DNA of 45,997 nucleotides. Source: Trichosphaerium sp. ATCC 40318. Taxonomy: Eukaryota; Protista; Tubulinea. Every line of letters starts with the position of its first letter. The stretch's first letter is position 1. Below the pieces are notes generated by a model. It did no database searches. It was not told where the DNA came from and saw nothing but the letters and a program-made list of their open reading frames with translations. The position numbers and the translations under genes are program-made. The stretch is taken from the NCBI GenBank assembly GCA_038496445.1, contig JALMLS010000157.1:1-45997 (forward strand). Direction: 5' to 3'. Shown here in pieces: positions 21,901-35,020 of the stretch.

Positions 21901-22785
21901 ACACGCATCGAAAAGTACTTACACCTGGTTTTCCTTTGTTTACCATACTGTTTGTTAACGCTCTCTCAAGATACTTGGATCTCACTCGCGAGACTTGGAA
22001 CCTCAAGATTCTCGACATTTACTCTCTCGATCGTCATGGCGAGGTACTTTTTGGCTTTAATAATTACAAAGAAGAAAACTAAGTTATTCAACCTTTAGAC
22101 CGAGCGTTTGGAGAAATATCAAGATGTCGAAAAGCGTAAGCTTTTATGGCATGGTTCGAACGTTGCTGTATTCGCAAGTATCCTTTCTGGTGGCGTGAGA
22201 ATCATGCCTCACTCTGGCGGTCGTGTGGGCAAAGGATGTGCGTCTCAGTCTTTGTTCATACTCGGATCTTTGTCACTTACCTTCTTTAGTGTACTTTGCT
22301 GATATGATAAGTAAATCTGCTGGTTATTGTACACTCCATGGTAAAGTGGGTCTCGTGTTATTGAACGAAGTCGTTTTAGGTTAGTTTTTACAGGTGGTTT
22401 TGTTGGTTTTTCTTATTGATTTATTTAGGAAAAATCAATCGTATTTACAGAGACAGATCAGACTTCAAACACGGCCATGCTGATCTTAAAGGTTACAATT
22501 CTGTTTTAGCTAGTGGTACTATCGAACCATCAGAATCAAAGGACTTCATAGAGTATGTGAATACCATTTTATTTTGTAAAGAACTCTTTTTAACACCTTT
22601 TTTTTAGTAAGGACCTTTCAAAATCAGGACACCCTGTCTCAATCCCACAAGGCAAACCTGGTACTGTTAAGGGCAGATCAAGTTCATTTAGACACAACGA
22701 GTATCTTGTATACGATGAAGCACAGGTTGCTATGAAGTACTTGCTTATGTTGGAGTGGCAAGATAGAATCCCAAGCTGGCATTAA
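18945..22785 (+). CDS. Poly(ADP-ribose) polymerase family protein: degenerate zf-PARP, PADR1/Zn3, BRCT, WGR, regulatory and catalytic domains (multi-exon)
   Basis: VEYAKSNRS..LKWEDQ, CPLPKC..CSGYLSAWSKC, KRWGRVG, KMPLGKLSK, FYTKVPHDFG, LLWHGSN, HSGGRVGKGLYFAD..SKSAGY, HNEYLVYDEAQV. Confidence 0.96.
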
Positions 22786-22938
22786 TCGCTTATTATCACG
22801 TGCCAACATATTTCTTTTGTTTTGTTTTTTTTTCTCCTTTGCTTTTGTAGTAAAACGGATAAAAGAAGCAAGAAGATCAGGAGAAATTATTTTAGTTTGG
22901 TCAGGCACTACAGTTGCAACTAAATAAACATTCCATTT

Positions 22939-23925
22939 TTATTCCTGGCCATCAACTTGTTCTATTTCCTCCTCTAAATCTGAACCAACTGGCTCGCCAC
23001 TGTGAAAATGTTGATGTATCAATAGCTCACCATGTTCTGACCATTTTTGATAAAGTCCCTCAAGTTTCCCAGCAACGTAGAAGCACTCTCTGTCAACTTG
23101 TCCATTAATGTAGTAGTAAGTAACCTTTCCCTCTTTTTTACCTTCTTTGAAGGAGCTAATAAGCCGTTGTTGTCCATTGTTATACCAGCTAAGACGTTTT
23201 CCATTACGTTGTCCTTGTTTGAAATTTGTGACCGCCTTCACTTGACCGTTGCTATGCCACTCAGTCTGTACCAAAAACAAAACTTTTAGCAAACAAAGAT
23301 AACACGTGTTAAACACTTAAACATAAATGTACCTTTGGTCCTTCTTTTTTACCTCTCTTGTAGTAGTCTATTGTGTGTATAGCACCACTCTCATACCGGC
23401 AGGTACGTTAGTTTACATTAACAATAATTTAAAAAAAGTGTACCACTGTTTATGCTCCCCTTCCTTTAAGCCATTCTCAAAGTAACACAGCACCATGTCT
23501 TGTCCTCCTTCATAGAATTGTTTATGCTCTCCGTGCCTTGCGTTTTTCCAAAGTGTTTGCCATCCAAAGAGTTTCCCTGACGGATACCAGAAAGTCTTTT
23601 TACCGGAACAAAGACCATTTTCAAAAAAACATGTGCACGAAAGTTCGCCGCTTTCGCGCCATACTTTGTGCTCTCCGTTCTTTAAACCGTGCTTATAAAT
23701 ACAGGTAGTCTTTATTCGACCGTTTTTGTACCACTGAATGCATTTTCCGTGTTTTTGTAGATTGTTATCATAGTGAGTATGTGTGGCGGCTGTCTTGCTC
23801 AGTAGTGGCCATTTTGAGTACATCTCAGCATCTAATTCGCAAATTACATTTTGTAGATCTGCTGGTAGGTGTAGTATTGAATAGATTAGCTTCACGTCAC
23901 GTAAATTACTTTGTTTACGCTTCAT
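22939..23925 (-). CDS. MORN-variant (MORN_2/YwqK-like) repeat protein with F-box-like N-terminus (3 exons)
   Basis: Repeats G.K.G....W(Y)..G throughout. N-terminal ILHLPADLQNVI. One intron acceptor is irregular (see findings). Confidence 0.85.
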
Positions 23926-24014
23926 TTTGTAACGGCGGTATTAATAAAAAATAAAAACCTAAATTAGTTAGTCATAACCGTTCAATTAAGCAAAGCGTTT
24001 ACAAAACACAAGCA

Positions 24015-27000
24015 ATGTTAACGACGCGTGCCTTACTCGTTTTCGGCATTATTGCCTTTGTTGGCGCTCAGCTTGATTTTACATCTACAAATGATGGCAC
24101 TTATGCCGTTACCGTCTCAGGAAAGGAATGGCTAAAAGGGTGAAGCTAATATAAAGCCACTACAATGCTTATAGTGTTTTTTAGTTCGTGGTCTGGTTTT
24201 CATTCGGGAAAGACATGGTACAGTACACAAGATAAATCCCTAGCCCTAAAGAAAGCGGAAAATTACTCTGGCAGGTAACTCAGACTCATTTTTAAATTTG
24301 ACACTTCACTCGAAAAGTTTTTTCAGTGGAAACGTGGTCGCACTTTTCGTTCTAATTAACGTACGTATTAGTGACGCCATGGGTGCTTTTCGGGCTGTCA
24401 GATACACTTGGTCTGCTATAGATAAACTATACATTACAACGATTAAGTCATATCCAAAGCTAAATGCTGTTACATTCACTCAGGTAAAGTGTCACCCATT
24501 TCTCGGTGTTTTTAATCTTCCGCTAAAAATGGTCATTAGTCTTTTCCTAATGGCTTGGTTGATACTGCTCTAAGCACAGACGATGTCGTATCGGTATTTC
24601 CTAGCTTTGAAATGCCATCTGATGCCTCAAAGTATGCAATTTTTTTATGAAAAAGTGAAGTGGACACAGTCAATTTTTATTGCCTTTAACGTTCACTCTA
24701 GAGGATTCGCAGGAGTCTCCAATCAGTTTTTAAAGGATGTCTCAATGGGCATCTTCAAAAAGGGTGCAAAACTTCCTGGTAATCTAAAATAACCTATCAC
24801 GTGATACTCCAAATCAGAATACTAAAATACTATTTTTTTTTTTACAGGCGGTATGGATGGCAGCGGTCCTCTACTCATTTTTGAAGAAGATCTTAACAAT
24901 GTCGCCGTTTTCTCGAGTTTGAGTAACTTTATGGCTGCGTCATGGACACAAATGAACGATGTCTTCGTTTCAGGTAGCGAAAAAATTAGAAAAGAAAAGT
25001 TAACATGTTAAAATACTCAAACTCGCTAGGTATTATGGGTACTGTTACCAACATTCCTGCTGGTTTTGAGCTTGAAACTGTTCTTGTATTGGATCAAGTA
25101 AGCTCTACTTTTATCTTTTTTTCACGGCGTAGACTCATCCTTTGTGTAGGGTATTAATGACGCAATGAACTACTGGGGATCTATTTTGTTAAACAGATAC
25201 AATAAAGTGAGTACTTTGATATTTTTCTTGACCAGGCTGACCTTATTAAACCTCACAAGGTTCAAAACAAACTAGACTATGCTCTGAACTACTTGGGATA
25301 CAACACTGATCATGGAGCATACTATGTACGAACCTACATGACAATTTGTTGTTAACTTGTTTTATTTCAGTACTACCATACTGAAAACAATACCAACTAT
25401 GAGGAAACACTCTTTGCGTACCAAAAATATGCCGAAGCTGAGAAAATACCTTTCAAGTGGATTTTACTTGACAGCTGGTAACCACAGCTCATACGAATTA
25501 TCTACTAATTCTTACCTAGGTGGTACTTGCAGGGCATTGGCAACGGTGTGAAAAACTGGACAGTCCGACCTGATGTACGGACAAGCTACAACTCAGACAT
25601 GTTTTATCAATCTTATCTTTTTACTCTATTATTTGTTAATCACACACCCCTAGGTATTTCCACATGGTATGCGTAACTTTAGAGATGTCACTGGATGGCC
25701 TATTATGGGCCATAACCGCTTTTGGGCGAGTGATAATGTATACGCTAAGCAGAATGGCGGAGATTTTGACTTCAACGTTCAACCTCCAAAAGCTATTCCA
25801 CTCAAGCGCGAATTTTGGGATTATCTTATGAGGTTAGTCTTTTATACCTTAGAAAAAACGTATGCTGATTCAATTAGTACTTCTGCAGAATGGGGTTTAA
25901 TGGTTTATGAACAAGATTGGTACGATTTCATCTCATTTTTTTTCTTACACGAAGTTTGTTTTACTCATCTTCACTAAAAGGCTTCACAATGAGTTCGCTG
26001 GTCTCAATATTACTCTTCAGGATCCTACAATGGGAAGAAAATGGCTACTTGAAATGGTACATGCTGTGGAATTTCTACTATACGTATACTAATAAACCAA
26101 CAGGGCTACGCTGCAGAAGCCAATGACATTACAGTACGTTTCACTTATGTTTTTTGAAAAATTCTTACTCCACCCTTAGATCCAATACTGTATGCCTTGG
26201 GCACGCCATGTACTTCAATCAGTAGAGATACAAGCTGTAACACATGTGCGATCAACAGATGATCACCTTCCTGGAAATCAAGAGTGGAAGCAAGGTTACA
26301 GTTCGATGATCCTTCACGCTCTTGGCATGGCTCCTTTTAAAGATAACTTCTGGACTACTGAACACCAGCCAAATAGCCCTTATGGATCAAAAGCTAGTGA
26401 ACCTTATACCAAGTTTGAATCTTGTATTGCTACATTCTCTACAGGTCCAGTAACGCCAGCAGATAAGATTGGTTACACTGATAGGTACAAAAGGCCGCGT
26501 TTTGTCGTCATTTCATTTATTCACGTGTTTTCTTAGGCAACTTGTAATGAAAAGTTGTATGAATGATGGCACATTACTACAACCTAGTAAACCATTGACA
26601 ATGGTCGATGCAACATTTGCCCACAGAGCCTTTACTAGTGCTCCAGGACCAGGTAATACAAATACCATTTAACATAAGGTCTTATTTCTGAGCACCTTTA
26701 ATAGACGGCGAGTTATGGTCTACACACACTGCTATTGGTCAACTCCGTTTCCATCATGTACTTGGTGTTGACATAACTACACCTTACAAGGTGAGATATC
26801 CACGATATATATTTGGGTGGCACTAATACATCAATCAGGTAGTTCCATCGACTCTGACACGTAAACCACTAAGCGGAGAATACATGGCTTTTAAAAATCC
26901 AGAAATGGGTAAAGCACCATATCAGCTTTTCAGTGAGAAGGATCCTATAACAATACCAACTTGTGGTCAAGTACGTAAATATAAGTGAGTAATATTTAGT

Positions 27001-27414
27001 CGTATGTAACGATTGTTCTTAGGGCGACTTTAATCTATGGCATATTTGTCCAGTACTTCCAAACGGATGGGTTTTAATTGGAGAGACAAATAAGTGGGTT
27101 CCTGTTTCAGAAGATCGTGTTATTTGTATGTTAGTGTCACTCTTTAAAGAATAACCCTCTCTAGCTATTACTTATGATGACGAATCAATAACTGTGAATG
27201 CACGTGGTACACCAGGAGAAGCTGTAAGCAAACATGGCCCATCTTTCACTATTGCAATAACACGTGTTTTTAGGTTGGACTTTCATTTGTTCATGTGAAG
27301 AATGGTGTATTTGGCGCACAAATAACTCCAGAATGTGTTGTTCCTGAAGAAGGTACATTCTCTGCAACTGTCACTACTTCTTCTGCAACTGGCACCTGTA
27401 ATGGAGTTGTTTAA
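24015..27414 (+). CDS. Secreted uncharacterised glycoside-hydrolase-like protein (clan GH-D-like TIM barrel; multi-exon)
   Basis: Signal peptide MLTTRALLVFGIIAFVGA. Motifs WILLDSWWY, VFPHGM, YEQDWL, IQYCM, RSTDD, FSTGPVTPADKIG resemble GH27/31/36-type motifs. Family assignment is inference. Confidence 0.7.
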
Positions 27415-27571
27415 AAACTATAAACAGAAACCGCATTAGTACACAAGTATTGTTTTACAAGTTTGCTCAACAGTAGCTAAGTATCAAGTCTGTTGCTGTA
27501 AATCTTATATCATGTTTCATTAACTGAACAGTTGTTGATGTTATTAGTTTTATTCATCTTTTTTCTTTGTT

Positions 27572-30500
27572 TTACAAGCAATCTGTATAAATAACAGTAA
27601 ATTGCAACTGTTTTGTTTCTTTAGGTAGAAACTCCAGTCTAAATTGCAATCTGTTTGCATAGTCAGCATCAAACTCATACTTTGCTTGAGTCTCTACTTT
27701 AAATTCTTTACCTCTAAAACAATGCCCATTAATATCAACCAAGAAGCAACAAATCATGTACCTCCACAGAACTTCCTCTAGTAGTAGGGAGTAAGAATCT
27801 CTTTCATCACGATTTCGGACAGTGAACTTTACAGTCTCCTTTATAGTGCTGTTCTCACGATCAAGCACCCATCCTGATTGTACTCTTGATACGTATAGTG
27901 CACTAACTACACCGAGATCTATCTCGCATTGTACAGTGTCCGTATCGTGATCTAGGGAGAGTGTATTTGCTCTCACAATACCTGACTATCAAACAAAATT
28001 AGCCAAAGAAGAAAAACAATATTAATGTATAATTCGAAAAAAGAAGTCAAGCTATATAGCATGAACTTACCCTCAAGTGTTCGTGAATGCGCTTGCCTTC
28101 CCGTCTATGATACATCTATACGTTGTTTAACACATTAAAATCCCAAACCAATGTACTTACTTCTACAGGTCCATTCGGCAACTGTTCAAATTCATTTGTC
28201 AAGTTTCCTTTAAATCGGATAACAGAATGAGGCATGCTAACACGTGGAGACTGAGGAAATCGCTGTGATGCCTGAAATAGCGGTGTCAGTATACGGGGTG
28301 GATTAAAAACTTAACAAACGTACTTTATCCGGTCTATATTCGGCGTAATCACTTCCTTTGAACTACACAAGTTCATTAATAAATAACCTTGCATAATTGA
28401 CGCACAAGAGAGAATGTATGGACAGGGTATGTCTCTCCGTTTAGGAAATTCATACGCAAAGACTGACCATGAGATATATCAATTGGCGGTAATTTGAACT
28501 CATGGTCAGTATCCTTTGCTACTAATCCAACACGTGTATCACGTTGAAACGTTTTCCCAGAATTATTAAAAATATTTAAGAACCCATGTAACACTATGGT
28601 ATCTTCTTCAGGCGCAAGAACGCCAACATATCTAAATAAGCCAAGGTATTACTTGAAGTGTTCTCTTGTAAATAAATAGTTCAAAACGTACGATGGCTTC
28701 CAGTATAGGTCTCTTATCTTGTAGAATAGCTGAAGTTGGTGTACTTTATCAGTATCATTAGTAGTAAGAGTAGCTTCTAGAATTGCACCACAGCTTTTAC
28801 CTTCAAACTCGCAGTCACTTTCCTCTACATTCCAGTATCGTTGTCTTGAAACTTGAGCCTAAACACATTCCATCAACGAATAACAACAACAAAAAGACAT
28901 ACAAGTGGGTCCGATAATAAATTAAAATGCAGCGTCTCTGGGATTACTGTATATGGCAGATCTATGAGTATTGCTGTTAGTACTTGTATAATAACAACAC
29001 ATCAAAACTGGTACCAGTTATTCTAGTCTTGCCACCCTTATCAATTGTGACAGACCTTGTATCATCAACAAGTGTACCCTCACTGTCTACTCAACTATAA
29101 GTACAAAAAAAACAAGAAAACCAACTCAATAATACATACCTAGTCCAACTCTCAAGTAGCACCTCTCTTCGTTAATATTTTCCTTTGCTACAAAACAGTT
29201 AACACTAACTGATGCAATTTCATACCAATGATTGGCCCTAGCACTTCTGTGATCTTTTCCATTGTGTTTGCACTCATAACACGCTCACGTTGAGTATTTT
29301 TTCTACAGAGTATCTCAGCTGATTAATTAACATATAAAGCAGGTTCACTCACGCTTTACTTAATGCTGCCTTCAAGAGTGATACAGGAGTACTTCTACCC
29401 TCTGATTCTAACTTTCCATGTTCTTTTGGTGCCGTGAGTATACTCTTTAACTTCTTTAACCTTTGGGTTGAAATAACAGAGAACACTGCACTCTTAAACC
29501 TTCTCTTTGCATTAAATGTTTTAATGCGCTGATGTCCCTATTATTCATAATGAGTAAGGTTTTTATTAGGTTGGGTTAATCCGTACAGATAAAAGTTTTG
29601 TACTCAAGTCCTTATTTTTGCTAACAAAAGGATGTTGTAAAGCTTCACTTGCTGTCATCCTCTTTTTTGGATTTGTTTCAAGTAGTTTTGCAATAAAGTC
29701 TTTAGCTGTATCACTAACACCAGACCACTCTTCTTCCTAGAGAAGTAATCAACCTTCAGCTATATTTATAGCAAAAAGAAAGAAAAAAAGGAGAAAAACA
29801 ATCTAACAACGCACGTGGAATTTGTATTTGCCACAAATAATTTGTACTGAAACGGATAGTGGAGATTCTTCTTTTGAGAAGGGTAAATAACCACCTAGGA
29901 GAACATAACAAACAACACCAGCAGACCACATATCTACTTCCTTTCCATACGCTTCTTTTTTCAAAATCTCAGGTGCAATATAAGAAGGTGATCCGCATAT
30001 TCCAGTAGTAGTTCCTGTCGCTGTAAGGTGTTTACCGAGACCAAAATCAGTAACTTTTAAATCTACAACAAGTATTAAAATAAGAAAATAAGAATTTTGA
30101 AAAAAAACGTGAAAAATGTACCTTCTACATTCTCAGGATCTGAGTTTGTGCAAAGTAGACTGTAGTTCAAGATATTAACTTCCAAGCAATGCTAGCATAA
30201 CAATAATAATAAAAAACTCGTACTTTTCGGGCTTTATATCGCGATGAACGACGTTGTATTTGTGAATATGTTGCAGAGCAACTAATAATTTCTGAATAAT
30301 ACCTGATCCACATTTTTCACTATACCAGCCCTTTGTACATCGTCAGCATACAAGGTGATCTTAACCAACACTCAAACCAATGCCAAAGTGTCATATGGCA
30401 TGTACCTTTTTCTCAATCTTATCGAACAATTCGCCACCGCTTACCTTTAGGCAATAAGGTTAGACCACTCTAAAGCTACTGTAGACGCCTCGTCTTAACA

Positions 30501-31054
30501 ATAGAAAACGTACTAGCTCCAGAACCATGTGTAAGAAATTACCTGTCTCGTAAGACTCGAAGAAGTGAACGACTAGTTGAAGTAAGTCATAAAGTCTTGA
30601 AATGGAAAGTGTAAAACAACGACTGTTGCAGTTTGTATAATGGTAGTGGTACCATTAGGATGCCCTGCTACACGTTTCATAATTTCAACTTCATCTTTAA
30701 TTATCGATAGTTCGTTTTTGTGACGTGATTTGTTAATGCTCTTTATAGCTACCATAACATCATCTGCCTTTCGTCTCGCTTTATATACTTGGCTGAACGC
30801 ACCAGAGCCTTCGGTATTAATAAGAAACTCAAGTAATTAACCGTTGACGCACCTATTGGCTCCAGAAATTCGTACGCTGTGCGTATATTCGTCTTGTTTG
30901 CATGTATGTCAATGGACGAGATATCAAGCTACTATTTTCAGGTTTTGATCGCAGTATTTGCGCTTGTAAATCGTGTGCGTAACGAATGATGCTTTTTTTA
31001 AAACAATTTTGTAGAAACGCTCAGCGTAATTCTAAAGGTTGGAACACGTACCAT
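27572..31054 (-). CDS. CaMK-family (CaMKI-like) kinase fused to a DUF4140/DUF4139-like beta domain (multi-exon)
   Basis: [48 protein letters not shown] and CaM-binding-like [11 protein letters not shown]. The frame continues via canonical introns into [51 protein letters not shown]. First coding exon is probably only ATG (31052-31054). Confidence 0.8.
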
Positions 31055-31283
31055 TATTGCCAAAAATGCCAACTAGCTGCTACAGCGTTGTCACTAAGCT
31101 AATACGGAAATATCGAAACAATACTTAAATTCGCACTTATGGATCACGCTTAATTGGCGAAGAACCTTTTATTGCTCGTTCACACTGTACTCCCAACACA
31201 ACAAAACGTTACGACTCATTATTGTCAATTTGGCACCAAGTTAGTTACAGAAAGTTGTCTACAGTGCTAGAGACGCGACTAAA

Positions 31284-34200
31284 ATGGACAGAGACCAAGA
31301 TTTATTTGATGAGTTAACGTTGTACAGAAAAATATCGCACCCTTTTCGTAGAGCTGTTTCAAACATTGATGTCGATCATTCAGGCACACAGCTTGCTGTT
31401 GCTGGGTACAAAAACAATTTCTTACGAGTAGTCGCGGAGCTAACGCGAATACAGCAACCAACATGTACACGTTATCGACATGGAGCACTTGGATCATACG
31501 CAACTATTGTTTGGAAGGTCAGCATGTCGTTTTTTCGCTTTTTTGCTAATCCGTACGCCAGGGACTATAGCGCTGTTCAATGGAACCCTCATGAATCCAA
31601 ACAAAGCGTATTGGCTTGCGCGTCAAGGGGCAAATTGCACATTTTTGATTATTCCATCCAACGAGAACAGGTACGTTAAATACCACCTCCCCATAACACC
31701 TGAAGATAACATAACGTAAAGCCACCTCTCACAAGACACACGTTACCTATATCCGACATTGGATGGAACAGATGCTTTCCTAATATCATTGCATCTTGTG
31801 GAAGGGATACGAAGATTGTTGTATGGGATATAAGAGATGGTAAAGCTCAACAATTCGGTGCTGTCAGCTTTGGAAATCCTGCACACTTAGCATGGAAGCC
31901 TGGAAACCCTTATATTCTCGCAACTGCACATGGTTCTAAAATATACCTATGGGATCATAGGGTACGCATGCCACAACGTGGGGAATACAGTCGTCATTGT
32001 TTTTGACAATACTCTAGAGAACAGCAAGTCCAATTTCTGACCGTAATCATGGGAGAACAATTAATTCAATTGATTGGGCATACTCTTCAACAGATAGCAT
32101 CTTATCTTGTTGTACTAATACTATAAATATTTGGGATACTAAAAGAAGCTCTAACTCAAAGAGTCCAACACGTGTTATAAAAACGAACAGGATTTTGTCC
32201 AAAGCAAAATTCATGGTACGTTTTACCATTGAGGTTTACCTTGCCACAGGTTGTGCTTTTTGGATTTTTATTAATCACGTGTTTTAGCCGTATTATGAGG
32301 CTGTAGTGACTGTTGAGAGTGATTACGTGATGCGTTTATATCGCATCAATGATGGGGAACTTGTACACGCTTTTAGAGGTCACTCGAATACAGTTACTAA
32401 TATTGCGTGGCGTATGCCTAAAGACGCTGAACCTGATTGTCAATTAATATCTCGTTCTGCTGATACACATATTGATTTTTGGCCTATTCCAGAAACAGCT
32501 GTTTCTAAACTTACAAGTGCGCCAATACAAGCATTTAAGAATCCTTCAGCACCTCAGGAGTCATCACTACAAGTACGCGCACAATCATTGGCACAAGAGA
32601 TCAATCAAATTCGAATACTTGGAAACGTTGTGCCTAAACATATTGACATGAAAATGAACACTGCTGGCCGCTTTGTTACGCTAGAATTTGATGTTTCAGG
32701 ATTACTAGCAAAGATACAAATCACCTTCCCAACTCATTATCCACAAGCGCCAGTAGATATGAAGTTTTTACCTAATAGTAGTATCTCACAACAGATGCAG
32801 AAATACATTCTGGAGGTACTGGCGAAAACGAGCTTTGTTTTTCTTTTTGGAGCAATTGTGATAATTTATTATAACTGTCCTTTATGTTTTTGCTTATTTA
32901 ATGTTTTTACACTAGAAACTCTATGATGTGACACGTATAAACGCAAACAAAGGTGTTATTACCTTAGAAGCCATTTTACAGCGTATAGATGCATTTACAG
33001 ATGGCAGCTCTAAAACTGATCCTATTGGTATACCAGGGATGGATCCTAAGTCACTTACACCACAGCAACATAGGAATTGTAAAAACGTCCCTCACCCTCG
33101 ATATGCACAAGCTGTATTCCAGCCAAATGGAAGTCTAGTAATGTTTGCAAGCTCCAGGTCCAGTATAGACATGGGATGCGCACCATATAGCAAGTATTTG
33201 AATATTGTTTGCGCTCTAGCTCCTCCTTCTCCTACGGAAATGCCACCACTTCAAAATGCCGTTGAGGAACATCAAGAGTTGGCCTCAAGCCCAGTACGGA
33301 CCTAGGTTTTCTAACTTTGTTTTTTTTATTTATTTTTTACCTCTCTAGTCCATGTACAGTCGACCCCCAATATATGAGCCAACTCTGCAACAGCGAAGGA
33401 CAGTTACTGTGTTTCATAACACTAAAATTGAACCTCTTAATAGAGAATTGGCTGAGGTACAGTACTTTAACCATTAGCTGTTTGTAACGTGCCTATGTAG
33501 CAATACGAAATTACTGGAAAGTCTCGTTCAGAGTTATGTTGTCACAACGCCGCTGTAGCACTTGAACAAGGACGCCCTGTATTATCCCACACGTGGCAGG
33601 TATGTTCTGAATAGTTTAATGAGGCAACTTATTTCTCAAAAAGGCACTTGCAGCTATATCCAACGAGGTACTCTACACCAAGCGTAAAGCAACAAAATCA
33701 TTCCAAACACTGGAAATACCATGGCAGGTAATAAATGTCAAACATAAACAATAAGTTAACTAATCTCAATAAGGCATACCCACTAGGACAAGCATTGGTT
33801 AAAAAAATGTACGTTATAAATCACGTGCTTGATCAAGCATAAGTTTGTCCCGTCTAAATTTTTTTATGCTATAGATTCCAGCAGTATATCAAAGCCAGAG
33901 ATATACAAACTCTTGCTGTAATGTCTTGTATACTAGCACCAAAATATGATAAATCCATAAAAGGAGGTTACTTTGCCGACTCACTCCTAGAACCCTCTCT
34001 CGGTAACACGTGCGCAAAAAAATTGAAAGAACTTAGGGTCTCTTTTTCTTGGGTTAAGGCTTCTGACAAAGCACTAGGTACGACTTATACCGTATTGCAT
34101 ACGCCAATGTACGTCAAAAAAAAAGAGTCCAAGAATTTAAAAAAATTCTGATTTTGTACTCAATAGTTGTTGCATTCTTGGGGACTTTTTATAAAGCGCG

Positions 34201-34746
34201 CAGAAGTATTAAATCATTTACAAAAACGAAGAATGTCCATACTGACTAATGACTTACAAATAATGCCAATATGTGGTAAATGTAATACAAGACTAACAAC
34301 ACAATACTGTTCTAATTGCAACGATCATTCATGGTACCCTAACATTCCAACCAAACACCCTCTAACCTCTTCCCTTCCTACAGGCGATGCTCTGTATCAA
34401 ATAAACCAGTTCGTGGTCTTGCCACGGTATGTGCTAAATGCGGTCATGGTGGAAATGTAATACAGCTGGTACGTAATCCGGTAACAAAGGAAAATCGAAT
34501 ACTAATTTCTTGGGTTTTTTGTAGGCTATGTGGTTCGAGAAGGAAACAGTCTGCCCTTTTCCCGGTTGTAAATGTACTTGTACAACACCAACAGTGGAGA
34601 AACCTAAAGTTATAGACCCAAAGATTCTATCACCTCTACGACGAGCACGTACTTCTTCAAACTCCTTACGTTTAACAAATAGACGTACACGATCTGCTAG
34701 TATCCCTACACCAGCGATGATTTTTGCACTGGGAGGGGATGTATAA
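31284..34746 (+). CDS. WDR59: GATOR2/SEA complex subunit WDR59/Sea3-like (WD40 + RWD + C-terminal zinc finger/RING)
   Basis: WD repeats (VQWNPH, DIGWN, YLWD), RWD-like ITFPTHYP, VPHPRYAQAVFQPNGSLVMF, ELCCHNAAVA, HPLGQALV, RDIQTLAVMSC, YADMLHSWGL..KRAEVL-type helix, CAKCGHGG..WF..CPFPGCKC. Confidence 0.88.
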
Positions 34747-35020
34747 AAAAATAAATAATAAGGGTTGTACAGAAGTCTTCGCAATAATTTGTAATGGAAA
34801 CAAGAGTTTGAGAAATACTGTAGCTCCTTTTTTGACATACGACAATTTCGGCAAGTTGTGCCATCCGGCATTATTCAATAGTAGCCAAAACACTTTGTCT
34901 TTTTTGTTCGAGATTTCTCAGTTGACAAAATCTGGATAATTTGAAAAAACCGTTTGGGCTTAAAGTTTATTTTTCATACTGCTGTTTACCTAGGTAAGTG
35001 ATTTATACGTCTCTCAATTT

